From positions 32,001 to 96,000 of the forward strand of contig CAWFJP010000014.1 of assembly GCA_963816145.1 (NCBI GenBank): a DNA stretch of 64,000 nucleotides. The letters run 5' to 3'. The translations under genes and the position numbers were made by a program. The notes under the pieces are model-generated. The model ran no database searches. It saw only the letters and a program-made list of their open reading frames with translations, and was not told the DNA's origin. Below are positions 50,931-61,024 of the stretch, piece after piece. Within the stretch, counting starts at the first letter, position 1. Every line of letters starts with the position of its first letter. Source of the stretch: an uncultured delta proteobacterium. GTDB lineage: Bacteria > Desulfobacterota > Binatia > UBA9968.

Positions 50931-51000
50931 GCAGTGGTGCGGTAGGCTTCGTCCTTTTGAGGATTGGTAATTTTGAATTTGCAACGAGTCCTCGCCGGCC

Positions 51001-51954
51001 CTAGCGCCTGGCGAATACCTTGTCGATGAACCCTTCTTTCGCCAACCGATCGACCAGGCTGTTGTCGATCACCTTCGGCGTCAGCGTTTCGGCATCGACG
51101 CCCTTGACTGGCTCGAATTCCAGCGTTGTGGCGACGTTGCGCGGGTCGACGCGCGGGATTTTTTCAATGTAGCGGTTGACGATGTTGTACATTTCTTCCA
51201 AGAAACCGGGATCGCTGCGTTTGAAGTATTTTTGCAGCACCTTGAGCGTGGTTTCCTTGTCGTGGTGCATCAGCGCGACCGCTTCGATATAGGCGCGCAT
51301 GGCGCGTTCGACGGTGTCTGGGTTCTTGCGCCAAAAGTCTTGGGTGACCGCCATGACGTTCATGGCGAAGGGGATGTCGAGGTCGGCGGCGTTGAGCAGG
51401 GCGCGTGCCGGCGCGCGCGGTTTTACCGCGGTCACCATGCCGGCCAACTGCTTCTGTTCGAACGCGGCCTGGACCTCGGGCGCGCCGCCGAGCGGTCGCT
51501 GGGTGACGGACTTCTCCATGCCGAGCTTGCGCAGGATGAGGGTCGTCACCGTATGCGCCGTCGAATTATATCGGGTGATGCCGAGAGATTGACCCTTGAG
51601 CTGATCGGTCCGGGTGATTTCCGGCTGGACGTACAGCGTCATCGGCGGCTTGTTAGTCATGGCGCCGATAGCGAGTACGGGTGCGCCGCGAGCGGCCGCC
51701 AGCACAACGCCGCTCATGCCCGGCGCGCTGAGATCGAGACTGCCGCCGAGCAGCGCCTGGATATTCGTTCCGCTCGAGGCGATGTAAACCAGTTGCACGT
51801 CGAGACCGTATTTCTTGAACATGCCGGTCTCATGCGCCATCCAAACGCTGGCGACGGTGGGGCCGACGACGGAGTAGGATAGGCGCAGTGGCGCGGCAGC
51901 GGCATCGGTCTGTATAGTCGCAGCTAGAATGATCGCAAGTGAGATTCGTTTCAT
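51001..51954 (-). CDS. ABC substrate-binding protein, NMT1/SsuA-like
   Basis: GMFKKYGLDVQLVYI, QLKGQSLGITR, IDNSLVDRLAKEGFIDK. Confidence 0.85.
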   Translation of the reverse strand: MKRISLAIILAATIQTDAAAAPLRLSYSVVGPTVASVWMAHETGMFKKYGLDVQLVYIASSGTNIQALLGGSLDLSAPGMSGVVLAAARGAPVLAIGAMTNKPPMTLYVQPEITRTDQLKGQSLGITRYNSTAHTVTTLILRKLGMEKSVTQRPLGGAPEVQAAFEQKQLAGMVTAVKPRAPARALLNAADLDIPFAMNVMAVTQDFWRKNPDTVERAMRAYIEAVALMHHDKETTLKVLQKYFKRSDPGFLEEMYNIVNRYIEKIPRVDPRNVATTLEFEPVKGVDAETLTPKVIDNSLVDRLAKEGFIDKVFARR

Positions 51955-52118
51955 GCCGGCGAGTGTATCCATGTCGGTAGCGAAATTCGAGAGGGAACCG
52001 TGGCTGGGCGTTTGTAATTACCGTTGTGGGTTTGTTGGCGCTTTTGGGAATTCGTACCGCGCCTTTCCCGATCTTGGGAAAATTATCTGTGGATTTGCCG
52101 TGGCAAGCGGATTTGCGG

Positions 52119-52133
52119 TGGCATCAGGGTTGC
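52119..52133 (+). promoter_or_regulatory. Sigma54 promoter candidate for tctCBA
   Basis: TGGCATCAGGGTTGC = GG-N10-GC. Confidence 0.6.
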
Positions 52134-52236
52134 GATATCTGTTGGCTGGCTGCGATGAATGGTTGCTTGTGGCTCGTCTAAGCGTGGTCTCGCCAGGGCT
52201 GTGAGCACGGCGAGTCTATTATTAAGGAGAAACATT

Positions 52237-53211
52237 ATGAGAACCAAGCTGTTTAGTATCCTCGCGGGGCTGGCGCTTCTCGGCATCGTCCCGTTGAATG
52301 CTCAGGAGTACCCAAACAAAGTGATCACCATGGTCGTGCCATTTGCCGCGGGCGGACCGACTGACACGGTGGCTCGGCTGATTGGCGTGCCGATGAGTAA
52401 GACGTTGGGGCAGCAAACCATCGTTGAAAACGTCGCCGGCGCCGGCGGTACCATCGCGGCCAACCGCGTCGCCAAAGCATCGCCGGATGGATACACGATT
52501 TTGATCCATCACATCGGCATGTCGACTGCGCCGGCGCTCTATCGCAAGCTGCCGTACAATCCGATCACCGACTTCGAACCGATCGGCCTGATCAATGAGG
52601 TGCCGATGACCCTGGTGGCGAAAAGTAGTTTCCCCGCCAAAGATCTCAAGGAGTTGATCGCCTACGTCAAAGCCAATAAGGACAAAGTCAATTATGCCAA
52701 CGCCGGTCTCGGCGCCGCATCGCACCTGTGCGGCATGCTGTTTATGACTGCGATCCAAACCGACGTTACCACCGTGCCCTACGGCGGCACCGGTCCGGCC
52801 ATGAACGATCTGCTCGGCGGCCAGGTCGATTTCATGTGCGATCAGACGACCAACACGACCAGTCAGATCAAAGCGGGAAAGATCAAGGTTTATGGCGTGA
52901 CAACGAAAAAGCGCGTGCTGTCTCTGCCCGATGTGCCGACCATGGACGAGGCTGGCATGAAGGGCTTCGAGGTTTCGGTCTGGCATGGGCTCTACGCGCC
53001 GAAGGGTACGCCGAAGCCGGTTATCGATAGGCTTACCAAGGCGCTGCAGGATGCCATGAAAGATGCGACCGTCAAGCAGCGTTTCGCCGACCTCGGCACC
53101 GAGCCTGTGGAGCAAAACCGCGCGACCCCCGCGGCCCTGAGCGCGCATCTCAAAGCAGAGATCGAAAAATGGGCCCCGATCATCAAGAAGGCTGGAGTTT
53201 ATGCCGACTAA
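52237..53211 (+). CDS. tctC: Tripartite tricarboxylate transporter substrate-binding protein
   Basis: VPFAAGGPTD, ENVAGAGG, PDGYT, VPYGGTGPAMNDLLGGQVD. Confidence 0.92.
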   Translation: MRTKLFSILAGLALLGIVPLNAQEYPNKVITMVVPFAAGGPTDTVARLIGVPMSKTLGQQTIVENVAGAGGTIAANRVAKASPDGYTILIHHIGMSTAPALYRKLPYNPITDFEPIGLINEVPMTLVAKSSFPAKDLKELIAYVKANKDKVNYANAGLGAASHLCGMLFMTAIQTDVTTVPYGGTGPAMNDLLGGQVDFMCDQTTNTTSQIKAGKIKVYGVTTKKRVLSLPDVPTMDEAGMKGFEVSVWHGLYAPKGTPKPVIDRLTKALQDAMKDATVKQRFADLGTEPVEQNRATPAALSAHLKAEIEKWAPIIKKAGVYAD

Positions 53212-53238
53212 GCGTGGCATACATTACATAGCAGTTGT

Positions 53239-53269
53239 AAAGGCCGGGTTTAGCCCCGGCCTTTTTTTT
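53239..53269 (+). terminator. Intrinsic terminator/attenuator after tctC
   Basis: AAAGGCCGGG-TTTAGC-CCCGGCCTTTTTTTT. Confidence 0.85.
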
Positions 53270-53355
53270 GCTTTGTTTCAATAACGGCTTGTTATACAAG
53301 GCGCATAATCGACTTGTGCTATGGGGGGTCCGTCAGTAACGCTTTGAAAATTCTT

Positions 53356-53808
53356 ATGACGCGCAATCCAAGAGATTTCTGGACTGGTTTGCTCTACATA
53401 TTCTTCGGCGCGAGCGCGATGATCATCGCTCGTGATTACAACATGGGAACGGCCGTCAGGATGGGCCCAGCTTTCTTCCCCACTATTCTCGGCGCGGTGC
53501 TCGCCGTCATCGGCGCGATTGCAGTGATTCGATCCTTTATCGCGCCCGGCAGGCCGATCGGTGGGTTTTCGTTCGAGGGGCTGGTGCTGGTCACACTGTC
53601 GGTCGTCGTCTTTGGCTTCCTCGTGCGCGGCGCGGGATTGGTGGTTGCCCTGCCGCTGCTCGTGATCATCAGCGCGTACGCGAGCACGCGCTTCCGATGG
53701 CGCATGACGCTCATCATGGCGGCGGGTCTAACGATCTTTTGCGCTTTGGTTTTTGTCAAAGGCTTGGGTATCCCGCTGCCGATCATCGGTCCCTGGTTGG
53801 GCGGTTGA
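53356..53808 (+). CDS. tctB: Tripartite tricarboxylate transporter small membrane subunit
   Basis: GTAVRMGPAFFP, VFVKGLGIPLP. Confidence 0.9.
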   Translation: MTRNPRDFWTGLLYIFFGASAMIIARDYNMGTAVRMGPAFFPTILGAVLAVIGAIAVIRSFIAPGRPIGGFSFEGLVLVTLSVVVFGFLVRGAGLVVALPLLVIISAYASTRFRWRMTLIMAAGLTIFCALVFVKGLGIPLPIIGPWLGG

Positions 53809-53838
53809 TAGCGATCGTTAGAAACGGGCGGACAACGA

Positions 53839-55338
53839 ATGGAATTACTCGATCATCTGCTGCTGGGTTTTCAGACGGCCGCGACTCTCAGCAATTTGTT
53901 TTACTGCTTCATCGGCGTTTTTCTCGGCACGGCGATCGGCGTGTTGCCCGGTCTCGGTCCCACGGCCACCATCGCCATGCTGCTGCCGGTTACGTTCGTA
54001 TTACCGCCGGTGACGGCGCTCATCATGCTGGCTGGTATCTATTACGGTTCGCAGTACGGCGGTTCGACGACCTCGATTCTGGTCAATCTTCCCGGGGAAG
54101 CCGCTTCGGTGGTTACGACACTGGACGGTTACCAGATGGCTAAGCAAGGCAGAGCCGGAGCGGCGCTTGCGGCTTCCGCGATTGGTTCGTTTTTCGCCGG
54201 AACCGTCGCCACATTTTTGATCGCCGCCTTCGGCCCGCCGCTGGCCGCCGTAGCGTTGCAATTCGGGCCGGCGGAATTTTTCTCGCTAATGGTCCTTGGC
54301 CTAGTGGCTTCCGTAGTGCTCGCGCAGGGCTCGTTGCTTCATGCCATTGGCATTGTCGTGCTCGGCCTGCTCTTGGGTCTCATCGGTGCCGATGTCAATT
54401 CCGGCACCCAACGCTTTACATTCGGCATTTATGAGCTTGCCGATGGCATCGGCTTCGTCACCGTGGCGATGGGCATGTTCGGCCTGGGCGAAATTATTCG
54501 CAACCTGGAAAACGAAGAAGAGCGCTCGGTGATGATCAGTAAAATCACCGGGCTCTGGCCCACTCGCGAAGACTTCAAACGCATGGTTGCGCCGGTTCTG
54601 CGCGGCACGGCGATAGGTTCGATATTGGGCATCCTTCCCGGCAGCGGTTCGATCTTGGGATCCTTTGCCGCTTATGCCATCGAAAAGAAAGTTTCCAAGA
54701 ATCGAGCCGAGTTTGGCAAAGGCGCGATCGAAGGTGTTGCCGCCCCGGAGTCCGCCAATAATGCCGGCGCGCAAACATCTTTTATTCCACTGCTCACTTT
54801 GGGAATTCCGTCCAATCCAGTCAGCGCTCTGATGGTCGGAGCCATGATTGTCCACGGCATTCAGCCCGGACCGTCGGTGATCACTGAGCAGCCAGCGCTC
54901 TTTTGGGGCATGATCGTGTCGATGTGGATCGGCAATCTTTTTCTCGTCGTGCTTAACTATCCGCTGATCGGCATGTGGGTGCGCTTGATCATGATTCCCT
55001 ACCACCTACTATTCCCAGGCATCCTGGTTTTTTGCGCCATCGGAGTGTTTAGTCTTAAAAATGCCACTATTGACGTATATTTGATGGCCCTGTTCGGCAT
55101 AGTAGGCTATGTTTTTTCCAAGCTCGGCGCTGAACCGGCGCCGATGTTGCTGGCCTTCATTCTCGGTCCGTTGATGGAAGAATATCTGCGCCGCGCCATG
55201 CTGCTTTCGCGCGGCGATCCGATGGTATTCATCCGGCGGCCGATCAGCGCAACCTTATTGGCCATGTCTGTGCTCGCCATGCTATCGGTTTTAATTCCGA
55301 CGTTCAGCAAGACCAGGGAAGAAGCGTTCAAAGAATAA
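53839..55338 (+). CDS. tctA: Tripartite tricarboxylate transporter large membrane subunit
   Basis: GVLPGLGP, IYYGSQYGGS, APESANNA. Confidence 0.95.
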   Translation: MELLDHLLLGFQTAATLSNLFYCFIGVFLGTAIGVLPGLGPTATIAMLLPVTFVLPPVTALIMLAGIYYGSQYGGSTTSILVNLPGEAASVVTTLDGYQMAKQGRAGAALAASAIGSFFAGTVATFLIAAFGPPLAAVALQFGPAEFFSLMVLGLVASVVLAQGSLLHAIGIVVLGLLLGLIGADVNSGTQRFTFGIYELADGIGFVTVAMGMFGLGEIIRNLENEEERSVMISKITGLWPTREDFKRMVAPVLRGTAIGSILGILPGSGSILGSFAAYAIEKKVSKNRAEFGKGAIEGVAAPESANNAGAQTSFIPLLTLGIPSNPVSALMVGAMIVHGIQPGPSVITEQPALFWGMIVSMWIGNLFLVVLNYPLIGMWVRLIMIPYHLLFPGILVFCAIGVFSLKNATIDVYLMALFGIVGYVFSKLGAEPAPMLLAFILGPLMEEYLRRAMLLSRGDPMVFIRRPISATLLAMSVLAMLSVLIPTFSKTREEAFKE

Positions 55339-55415
55339 TTAAAAATTTTCCCAATGGTTTGAAAGGATTTAGCGCGATCTGATAGACCCGCCTCGTCATC
55401 TTGTTAAAAAAACCT

Positions 55416-56219
55416 ATGAAATTGCTTGATAAAATTGCGCTTATTACCGATTCGAGCAATCCCTGCGGCAGGGCGATCGCCCTGGGCTTTGCTCGTGAAG
55501 GGGCCGACTGCGTTGTCTTCGATTCGCGCGCTGACACGGCCGAACAATTGGCCATGGAGCTGCGTGCGCTGGGCCGGCGCGCGGTTGGACTGGCCTGCGA
55601 CGTTTGGCGAAAAGCGCAAGTTGCTGCTACGGTAGAGCGCGTGGTGGAACAATTCGGAGGGATCGATATTTTGCTCAATTGTTCGACCGCTGACTATGGC
55701 TGCGACTTTCTGACCGTCACCGCGGACGAATTCAATCGCGCCATCGAGCAGGGTCCTAAAGCGTACTTTTTATTCTGTCAGGCGGTTGGGCGGGTTATGG
55801 CGCGGCAGCGCGCGGGCAAGATCATCAATCTCGCCAGCACCGATGCCCGGATCGGCTCCGGCGAGTCGGTGTGCACGAGTACGGCGCACACAAGTATCGA
55901 CGCATTGAGCCGCGCCGTCGCGCAATCGTTGGGTTACTACGGCGTCAACGCCAATGCACTCTTGTGCGGGCCAATGTCAGGCGCGTCGTTGAGCGCTGAA
56001 GAGCGTGGCGAACGCTTGCGGCGCATACCCTTTGGGCGGCTGGCTGAACCGGAAGACTTCGTCGGCGCGGCAATTTTTCTCGCCAGCGATGATGCCAAAT
56101 TTATCGCCGGGGAAAGTCTCTGCGTCGATGCCGGTTACGCCAACGCGGCGGTGACCGAGGATAGCTTTCGCCCCGCTTGGGGGCGGGTGTGGAGGGAGTT
56201 TACGATCCCAGGAAAGTAA
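55416..56219 (+). CDS. Atypical SDR-fold protein (no GxxxGxG, no YxxxK)
   Basis: ITDSSNPCGRAIA; GKIINLAS; CTSTAH in place of YxxxK; IPFGRL..PED. Confidence 0.78.
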   Translation: MKLLDKIALITDSSNPCGRAIALGFAREGADCVVFDSRADTAEQLAMELRALGRRAVGLACDVWRKAQVAATVERVVEQFGGIDILLNCSTADYGCDFLTVTADEFNRAIEQGPKAYFLFCQAVGRVMARQRAGKIINLASTDARIGSGESVCTSTAHTSIDALSRAVAQSLGYYGVNANALLCGPMSGASLSAEERGERLRRIPFGRLAEPEDFVGAAIFLASDDAKFIAGESLCVDAGYANAAVTEDSFRPAWGRVWREFTIPGK

Positions 56220-56267
56220 GACGATTTATTGAGGGCGTTCGCAATCACAGACGCATGGAGGTTGTTT

Positions 56268-57147
56268 ATGGGCACTAAATTCAAAGAAGTAAATACTCTG
56301 TCTTTTATCGGTCACATCGGTCCCCAGACCGAGCGGGTTTGGAAGGAAGTCGATGAAGAGATCGACATCATAGGCTGCAAAGAGAAAAAAGCTCGGCCAT
56401 GCGAGCTGATCACGCCGCTCGGCCTATTGCAAAAGGATCTTCCCGGCGACGGCGACACCAAGCAGGTGGCGATTTTTGTCAATGACGATGTGCGTATTGA
56501 GTTGATGTATTGCCGCGCCGGTAAGGGCCAAGATGGCCGTCGTCCATCCGGCTTCTGCGAGACTCAGGTGCAAGTTGCCGGTGCTCGTGTCACCAAGACT
56601 TCGGAGGGCGATTTTCCCAATGGAGGTGGGCGATCTCCTGGTCGTGCCCAGTGACGTAAGTCACGAAAACCAGGGCGACGGACCGACCGCCCGCTTGATG
56701 GTTTACACGCGTAATCCGGTGCAGATCGCGCAGACTTACCCGGTAAAGGAAAGTGTCATACCCAACAAGCAGTGTACATTGCTCAAGCCCACCACGGTGC
56801 TCGACAAAGTCGAGGAAGGCGGCTCCGGCGGCAAGCATTTCGAGTTGGTGGAAAACGCCGATATCATGATCGAAACCACCCACAGGTCCGATGCCCAGCG
56901 GATCTATCACCGCGGTTTCGGCCAAGATGAGATCGCTTTTCAATTGACAGGCCGGCGCGCGACGCGCACCGATCAGGGAGAATATATGCTCGAAACCGGC
57001 GATTTTCTTTTGATCCCGCCGGGCACCTCGCATCGTAATGTCGGTGAAATGGCGACCATCCGGATCATTCTCTACACCAGAAAGCCCGTGCGGTTGGCCG
57101 ATGAATTTATCGAGAGGGCCAGACGGGCTGGGCAGGCAGCGGCGTAG
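56268..57147 (+). CDS. Bicupin protein (frameshift near 56615)
   Basis: GDLLVVPSDVSHEN and YHRGFGQDE...GDFLLIPPGTSHRN; RBS GGAGG. Confidence 0.72.
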
Positions 57148-57167
57148 CGGACGATCGATTCGATTCA

Positions 57168-58160
57168 ATGCTCCCAGCGGCAAAACATCGCGGTCTTCAA
57201 TTGCTCGGCGCGCTCGTGCTGCTCTGTGCGGTCGCTTCAACAGCGTCAGCGGTCGATACCATCCGTGTGTCCTACGCCACGTTGAGCGCGGCCTACATGG
57301 ACCATATCTGCGCCATGGCCAAAGGATACCTGCGCGATGAGAATCTCGCCGTCGAAGTGATCCGCGCCCCCGGCGGCGTGGCGACGCCAGGGCTCATGTC
57401 AGGTCAGTTTCAGTTCAGTTCGTCGGCGAGCTCGTCGCTCAGCGCCGGTGTGCGCGGCGGACCGGTGAAGATCGTCTATACCAATCTGTCGCGGCCGAGC
57501 TACACCTTAGTGTCACTGCGTAGCGAGATCACCAGTGCCAAGGATCTGATCGGCAAAAAAGTGGCGATCAACAGTTTCGGCGACACTGGCCATCTGTCGA
57601 CGCTGCTGTATCTCAAGAAGATGGGCGTCAATCCGTCGCAGGTCTTGTTCATAGCCGTTGGCCGCAATGAAGTGCGCATGCCTGCGCTGGTGTCCGGTGC
57701 CATCGACGCAGCGCCGCTGGTGCCGCGTGATATGGTGGTATTGGCGAAACAGAAGCCTCAGGTGCTGGCTGACCTGGGAAAAGAAATTCAACTGGTGTGG
57801 AACGGCGTGTCGACATCGAATCGCATGTTGGCGGAAAGCCCGCAGCTGGTCGAGCGCTTCCTGCGCGCGCTCGCCAAGGGACGAGAATTTGCCCGGCGCT
57901 ACAAGGACGATACCGTGGTGCTGATCGGCAAGCATGATCCGTCGTCGGTGGATGCGATCCGGGTCGATTACGACGTGACCAAGGCGAGCATGACCGACGA
58001 AGGTTGGCTGCCTGACGACGTGTTACGCGAAGAAGTAGCGACGCGGGCGGAGCTGACCAAAGTTGCCAATCCGCCGGGCCCGGCAGCCTTGTTCGATTAC
58101 AGCTTCACCAAGCGAAATTACGCCCAACTGAAAGCGAGCGGCTGGCAGCCATCACGATAA
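57168..58160 (+). CDS. ABC substrate-binding protein, NMT1/SsuA-like
   Basis: GYLRDENLAVE, DLIGKKVAINSFGD, LFDYSF. Confidence 0.85.
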   Translation: MLPAAKHRGLQLLGALVLLCAVASTASAVDTIRVSYATLSAAYMDHICAMAKGYLRDENLAVEVIRAPGGVATPGLMSGQFQFSSSASSSLSAGVRGGPVKIVYTNLSRPSYTLVSLRSEITSAKDLIGKKVAINSFGDTGHLSTLLYLKKMGVNPSQVLFIAVGRNEVRMPALVSGAIDAAPLVPRDMVVLAKQKPQVLADLGKEIQLVWNGVSTSNRMLAESPQLVERFLRALAKGREFARRYKDDTVVLIGKHDPSSVDAIRVDYDVTKASMTDEGWLPDDVLREEVATRAELTKVANPPGPAALFDYSFTKRNYAQLKASGWQPSR

Positions 58161-58164
58161 TCTT

Positions 58165-58950
58165 ATGAAACTTGAAGGGAAAATTGCCATCGTCGCCGGT
58201 TGCAACGGCGAGTTCGGCGCCGCTATCGTACCCGGCTTCGCGGCTGAAGGTTGCGATGTCGTATGTGTCGATTATCAACAGGCCGATGCTGATGTCGCGG
58301 CGGAAAAGGTCCGGCAAAAGGGCCGGCGCGCCATGGCACTGGCTGTCGATTTGCGCGAAAAGGGCCAAGTCGAGTCGATGGTCGAGCGGGTATGCACTGA
58401 GTTCGGCCGCATCGACATCCTGGTCAATACGACGATGGCATCGCATAACCAGGAGTTTTTGAATTTCAAAGAAGAAGATTTCGACGATTCGCTGAACCGC
58501 GGCGTCAAGAGTTACTTTCTCACGTGCCAAGCGGTCGCGAGCCAAATGATCAAGCAGCGCTCGGGTAAAATTATCAATCTAAGCTCGATTGTCGGCGTGC
58601 TCGGGCCGGGGCAGGCGGCTTCGTGGACCGCCGACCGCGGCGCAGTCAACGGACTCACTCGGGCGGCGGCGCATGCGCTGGGATTCTACGGCATCAACGT
58701 CAACGGCTTGGCGCGCGGAAACACCGCGCGCAAGCCCTATAGTGCCGGCGTTCTCGAACGGCTGCGCCGCTTGCCGCTGGGCCGCACTGAAACGCCTGAA
58801 GACATGGTTGAGCCCTGCGTCTTTCTCGCCTCCGAAGGCGCAAGTTACATTACCGGGACAGTTCTCTACGTCGACGGCGGTTACACCGTCGCCGGTGTCA
58901 CCGACGATCGCTACCGTCCCGAGTGGGCGCGCAAGGGCACAGAGGAGTAG
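58165..58950 (+). CDS. Atypical SDR-fold protein (no YxxxK)
   Basis: AGCNGEFG, GRIDILVN, SWTADRG, LPLGR..PED. Confidence 0.8.
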   Translation: MKLEGKIAIVAGCNGEFGAAIVPGFAAEGCDVVCVDYQQADADVAAEKVRQKGRRAMALAVDLREKGQVESMVERVCTEFGRIDILVNTTMASHNQEFLNFKEEDFDDSLNRGVKSYFLTCQAVASQMIKQRSGKIINLSSIVGVLGPGQAASWTADRGAVNGLTRAAAHALGFYGINVNGLARGNTARKPYSAGVLERLRRLPLGRTETPEDMVEPCVFLASEGASYITGTVLYVDGGYTVAGVTDDRYRPEWARKGTEE

Positions 58951-58982
58951 TAGGTTCGTTGCTTAATTGATCCTGCGCGAAT

Positions 58983-59060
58983 CGTCATCGCCGCAAATGC
59001 GGGAACCAGATTTGAAGCCGCCCCACCTCCACCTGGATACCGGCTTTCGCCGGTATGACG
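58983..59060. repeat. GTCAT-type REP-like palindrome between convergent genes
   Basis: CGTCATC...CCAG...CTGGATACCGGCTTTCGCCGGTATGACG. Confidence 0.7.
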
Positions 59061-59075
59061 GAAGGTCTTTTTAGC

Positions 59076-60044
59076 TCAAATTGATTCCGCTGCCAGCGCA
59101 GTCTCGGCGAACATATCCTTGAGTTCAAGCTTGCGCTCGGTGATGCCGACCATCTGGGCGTAGCGCGCCATGGTTTCCAGCTCTTTAAGATTGTCTCGCA
59201 AATTGTAAGGCCACGCGTTGGCGCCGAAAAGCTCCAGCTCTTCTTCGATCTCCGCGCCATACCAGGCGAGAAACGAGCGCCGCGTGTCGCTCACATGCTT
59301 GATGCCGATCTCTTTGGCTTTGGTGAAGGCGTCGACCAGGCTCTGCGCCACCCAGGGATTCTTTTCGAGGATGTCATTTTTCACCACCACGACATGGCGA
59401 ATCGGGAAAATCTTGGTGCGCAGATAGTAAGCCTTTTCCACTTCGCGGAAGTTGGGCCAAAGCCGGCGCACGCCGGCGGTTTGGCGGCCGAGCTTAGGGC
59501 GAATCTCCGGCAGCATGCAGCCATCGATCTCGTTCTTGAGCAAGGCATCTTCGATTTTCTTTCCTTCAGGAACCCGTTGAATGTCCATCCACTCCGGCGG
59601 CTGCCAACCCGGCACTTGTTCGCGCTGATTGGTGCGGAGCTTCAACGATCGCACCGGCACGCCGAATTCTTCCTGCAACAGGCCGCGCACCCATAAAGAC
59701 ACCGGGTTGAAATGGGCGCGCATGCCGATGGTACGGCCGGCAAAGTCTTGCGGGTTTTGGATGCCGCTCGCTTCCGTGACCAAAATGTTGCCATGGCAAA
59801 ATTTGCGATGGGGAAAAACCGGGATGGCGGTGAACGGCGCGCCGCGATCCATCCAGCCGAGAAAGACGCCCATTTGCAGCTCGCAGACATCGAACTCCAG
59901 AGTGCGCGAGAAACGCGCGTGGCGTTGTTCCGAGGGCAGCATGACGATATTCAGCCCGATGCCTTCGGCCTGCACCGTGCCGTCGACGAGAAAGCGCGTC
60001 CGGTCGTAATCGTTGCACGATAAGGTGAGTTTCAAGCCTGCCAT
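59076..60044 (-). CDS. 4,5-dihydroxyphthalate decarboxylase-like protein (SBP fold, no signal peptide)
   Basis: DYDRTRFLVDGTV, EFDVCE, PVFPHRKF, IFPIRH, WPYNL. Confidence 0.82.
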   Translation of the reverse strand: MAGLKLTLSCNDYDRTRFLVDGTVQAEGIGLNIVMLPSEQRHARFSRTLEFDVCELQMGVFLGWMDRGAPFTAIPVFPHRKFCHGNILVTEASGIQNPQDFAGRTIGMRAHFNPVSLWVRGLLQEEFGVPVRSLKLRTNQREQVPGWQPPEWMDIQRVPEGKKIEDALLKNEIDGCMLPEIRPKLGRQTAGVRRLWPNFREVEKAYYLRTKIFPIRHVVVVKNDILEKNPWVAQSLVDAFTKAKEIGIKHVSDTRRSFLAWYGAEIEEELELFGANAWPYNLRDNLKELETMARYAQMVGITERKLELKDMFAETALAAESI

Positions 60045-60045
60045 G

Positions 60046-60999
60046 CTATGCTCTCAATCGCGGTTTGATTTCGCCGAGCAGCATATTTGCTTGGCCACGC
60101 ACGTCGTCGGAGGCGATGCGGGCGATAATCGTCGTCAGGCCGGCGTCGGCATAGCTCTTCAAAAGCCTCGCGCATTCGTCTGGCGTGCCGAAGATTGTAA
60201 AGTGGTGGCCGAGTTTGCCGCGCGGCTCGCCGAAGAAGTTTTCCATCCAGCGCCAGCCTTCGTCTCGAGCTTTTTCCGCGTCGCTGAGGATATTGAAAGT
60301 CGCGTAGAGAGCGGCGGCGCCGAGCTTTCCCGCGCGACCGTATTCTTTCGCGTAGCCGTCGATCCGCGCCTGCGCGCCGGTGAATCGCTCCAATGTCGGC
60401 GCCAGTGTCACCCAGCCGTCGCCTAGCCGCGATACCCGTTTGAAGCCGGTCTCGTTGCGGTCGGCGGCGATCCAGATCGGAATGCCGCCTGGGCGCGCCG
60501 GGTGCGGCAGGATGCCGACATCGTGCAGTTTGAAGTAGCGCCCTTCGTAGTCGATCTTGGTTTCGCACCAGAGCCGGCGCATGATCTCGATGGTTTCGCT
60601 CAAGCGGCCAGCTTTCTCCTGAGGTGGCACGCCGCAAGCGGCGAACTGGCGCTGAATATAATCGCGCACCGGGCCGACGCTGACGCCTAAGATAATTCTG
60701 CCATTAGAAATCACATCAATGGTCGCCAACGCGTGGGCGAGCAGCACCGGATTACGCAACGCCGGTAGCATCGGCACGATGCCGAGACGAATATGGGTCG
60801 TGCGTGCCGCCAACGCCGCCATGGTCGTCAAGCAATCGCCGCGCGCCTTGTCCAAGACCGTGACGCTGTCGCCGACCCAGATATGATCGAAACCGAGTTC
60901 CTCCGCTTGCGCGGCATCGGCCCAAAGGTGGTTGAAGCTCTTGGCTGCGTCTTCGGCGCGGATCAGTTGGCGGGTGTGCAACAATAATCCAATGTCCAT
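60046..60999 (-). CDS. LLM-class flavin/F420-dependent oxidoreductase
   Basis: AEELGFDHIWVGDS, ATIDVISNGR, IPIWIA, GDGW. Confidence 0.88.
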   Translation of the reverse strand: MDIGLLLHTRQLIRAEDAAKSFNHLWADAAQAEELGFDHIWVGDSVTVLDKARGDCLTTMAALAARTTHIRLGIVPMLPALRNPVLLAHALATIDVISNGRIILGVSVGPVRDYIQRQFAACGVPPQEKAGRLSETIEIMRRLWCETKIDYEGRYFKLHDVGILPHPARPGGIPIWIAADRNETGFKRVSRLGDGWVTLAPTLERFTGAQARIDGYAKEYGRAGKLGAAALYATFNILSDAEKARDEGWRWMENFFGEPRGKLGHHFTIFGTPDECARLLKSYADAGLTTIIARIASDDVRGQANMLLGEIKPRLRA

Positions 61000-61024
61000 G
61001 GTTAGCCGATTCTCCCGAGAACAT

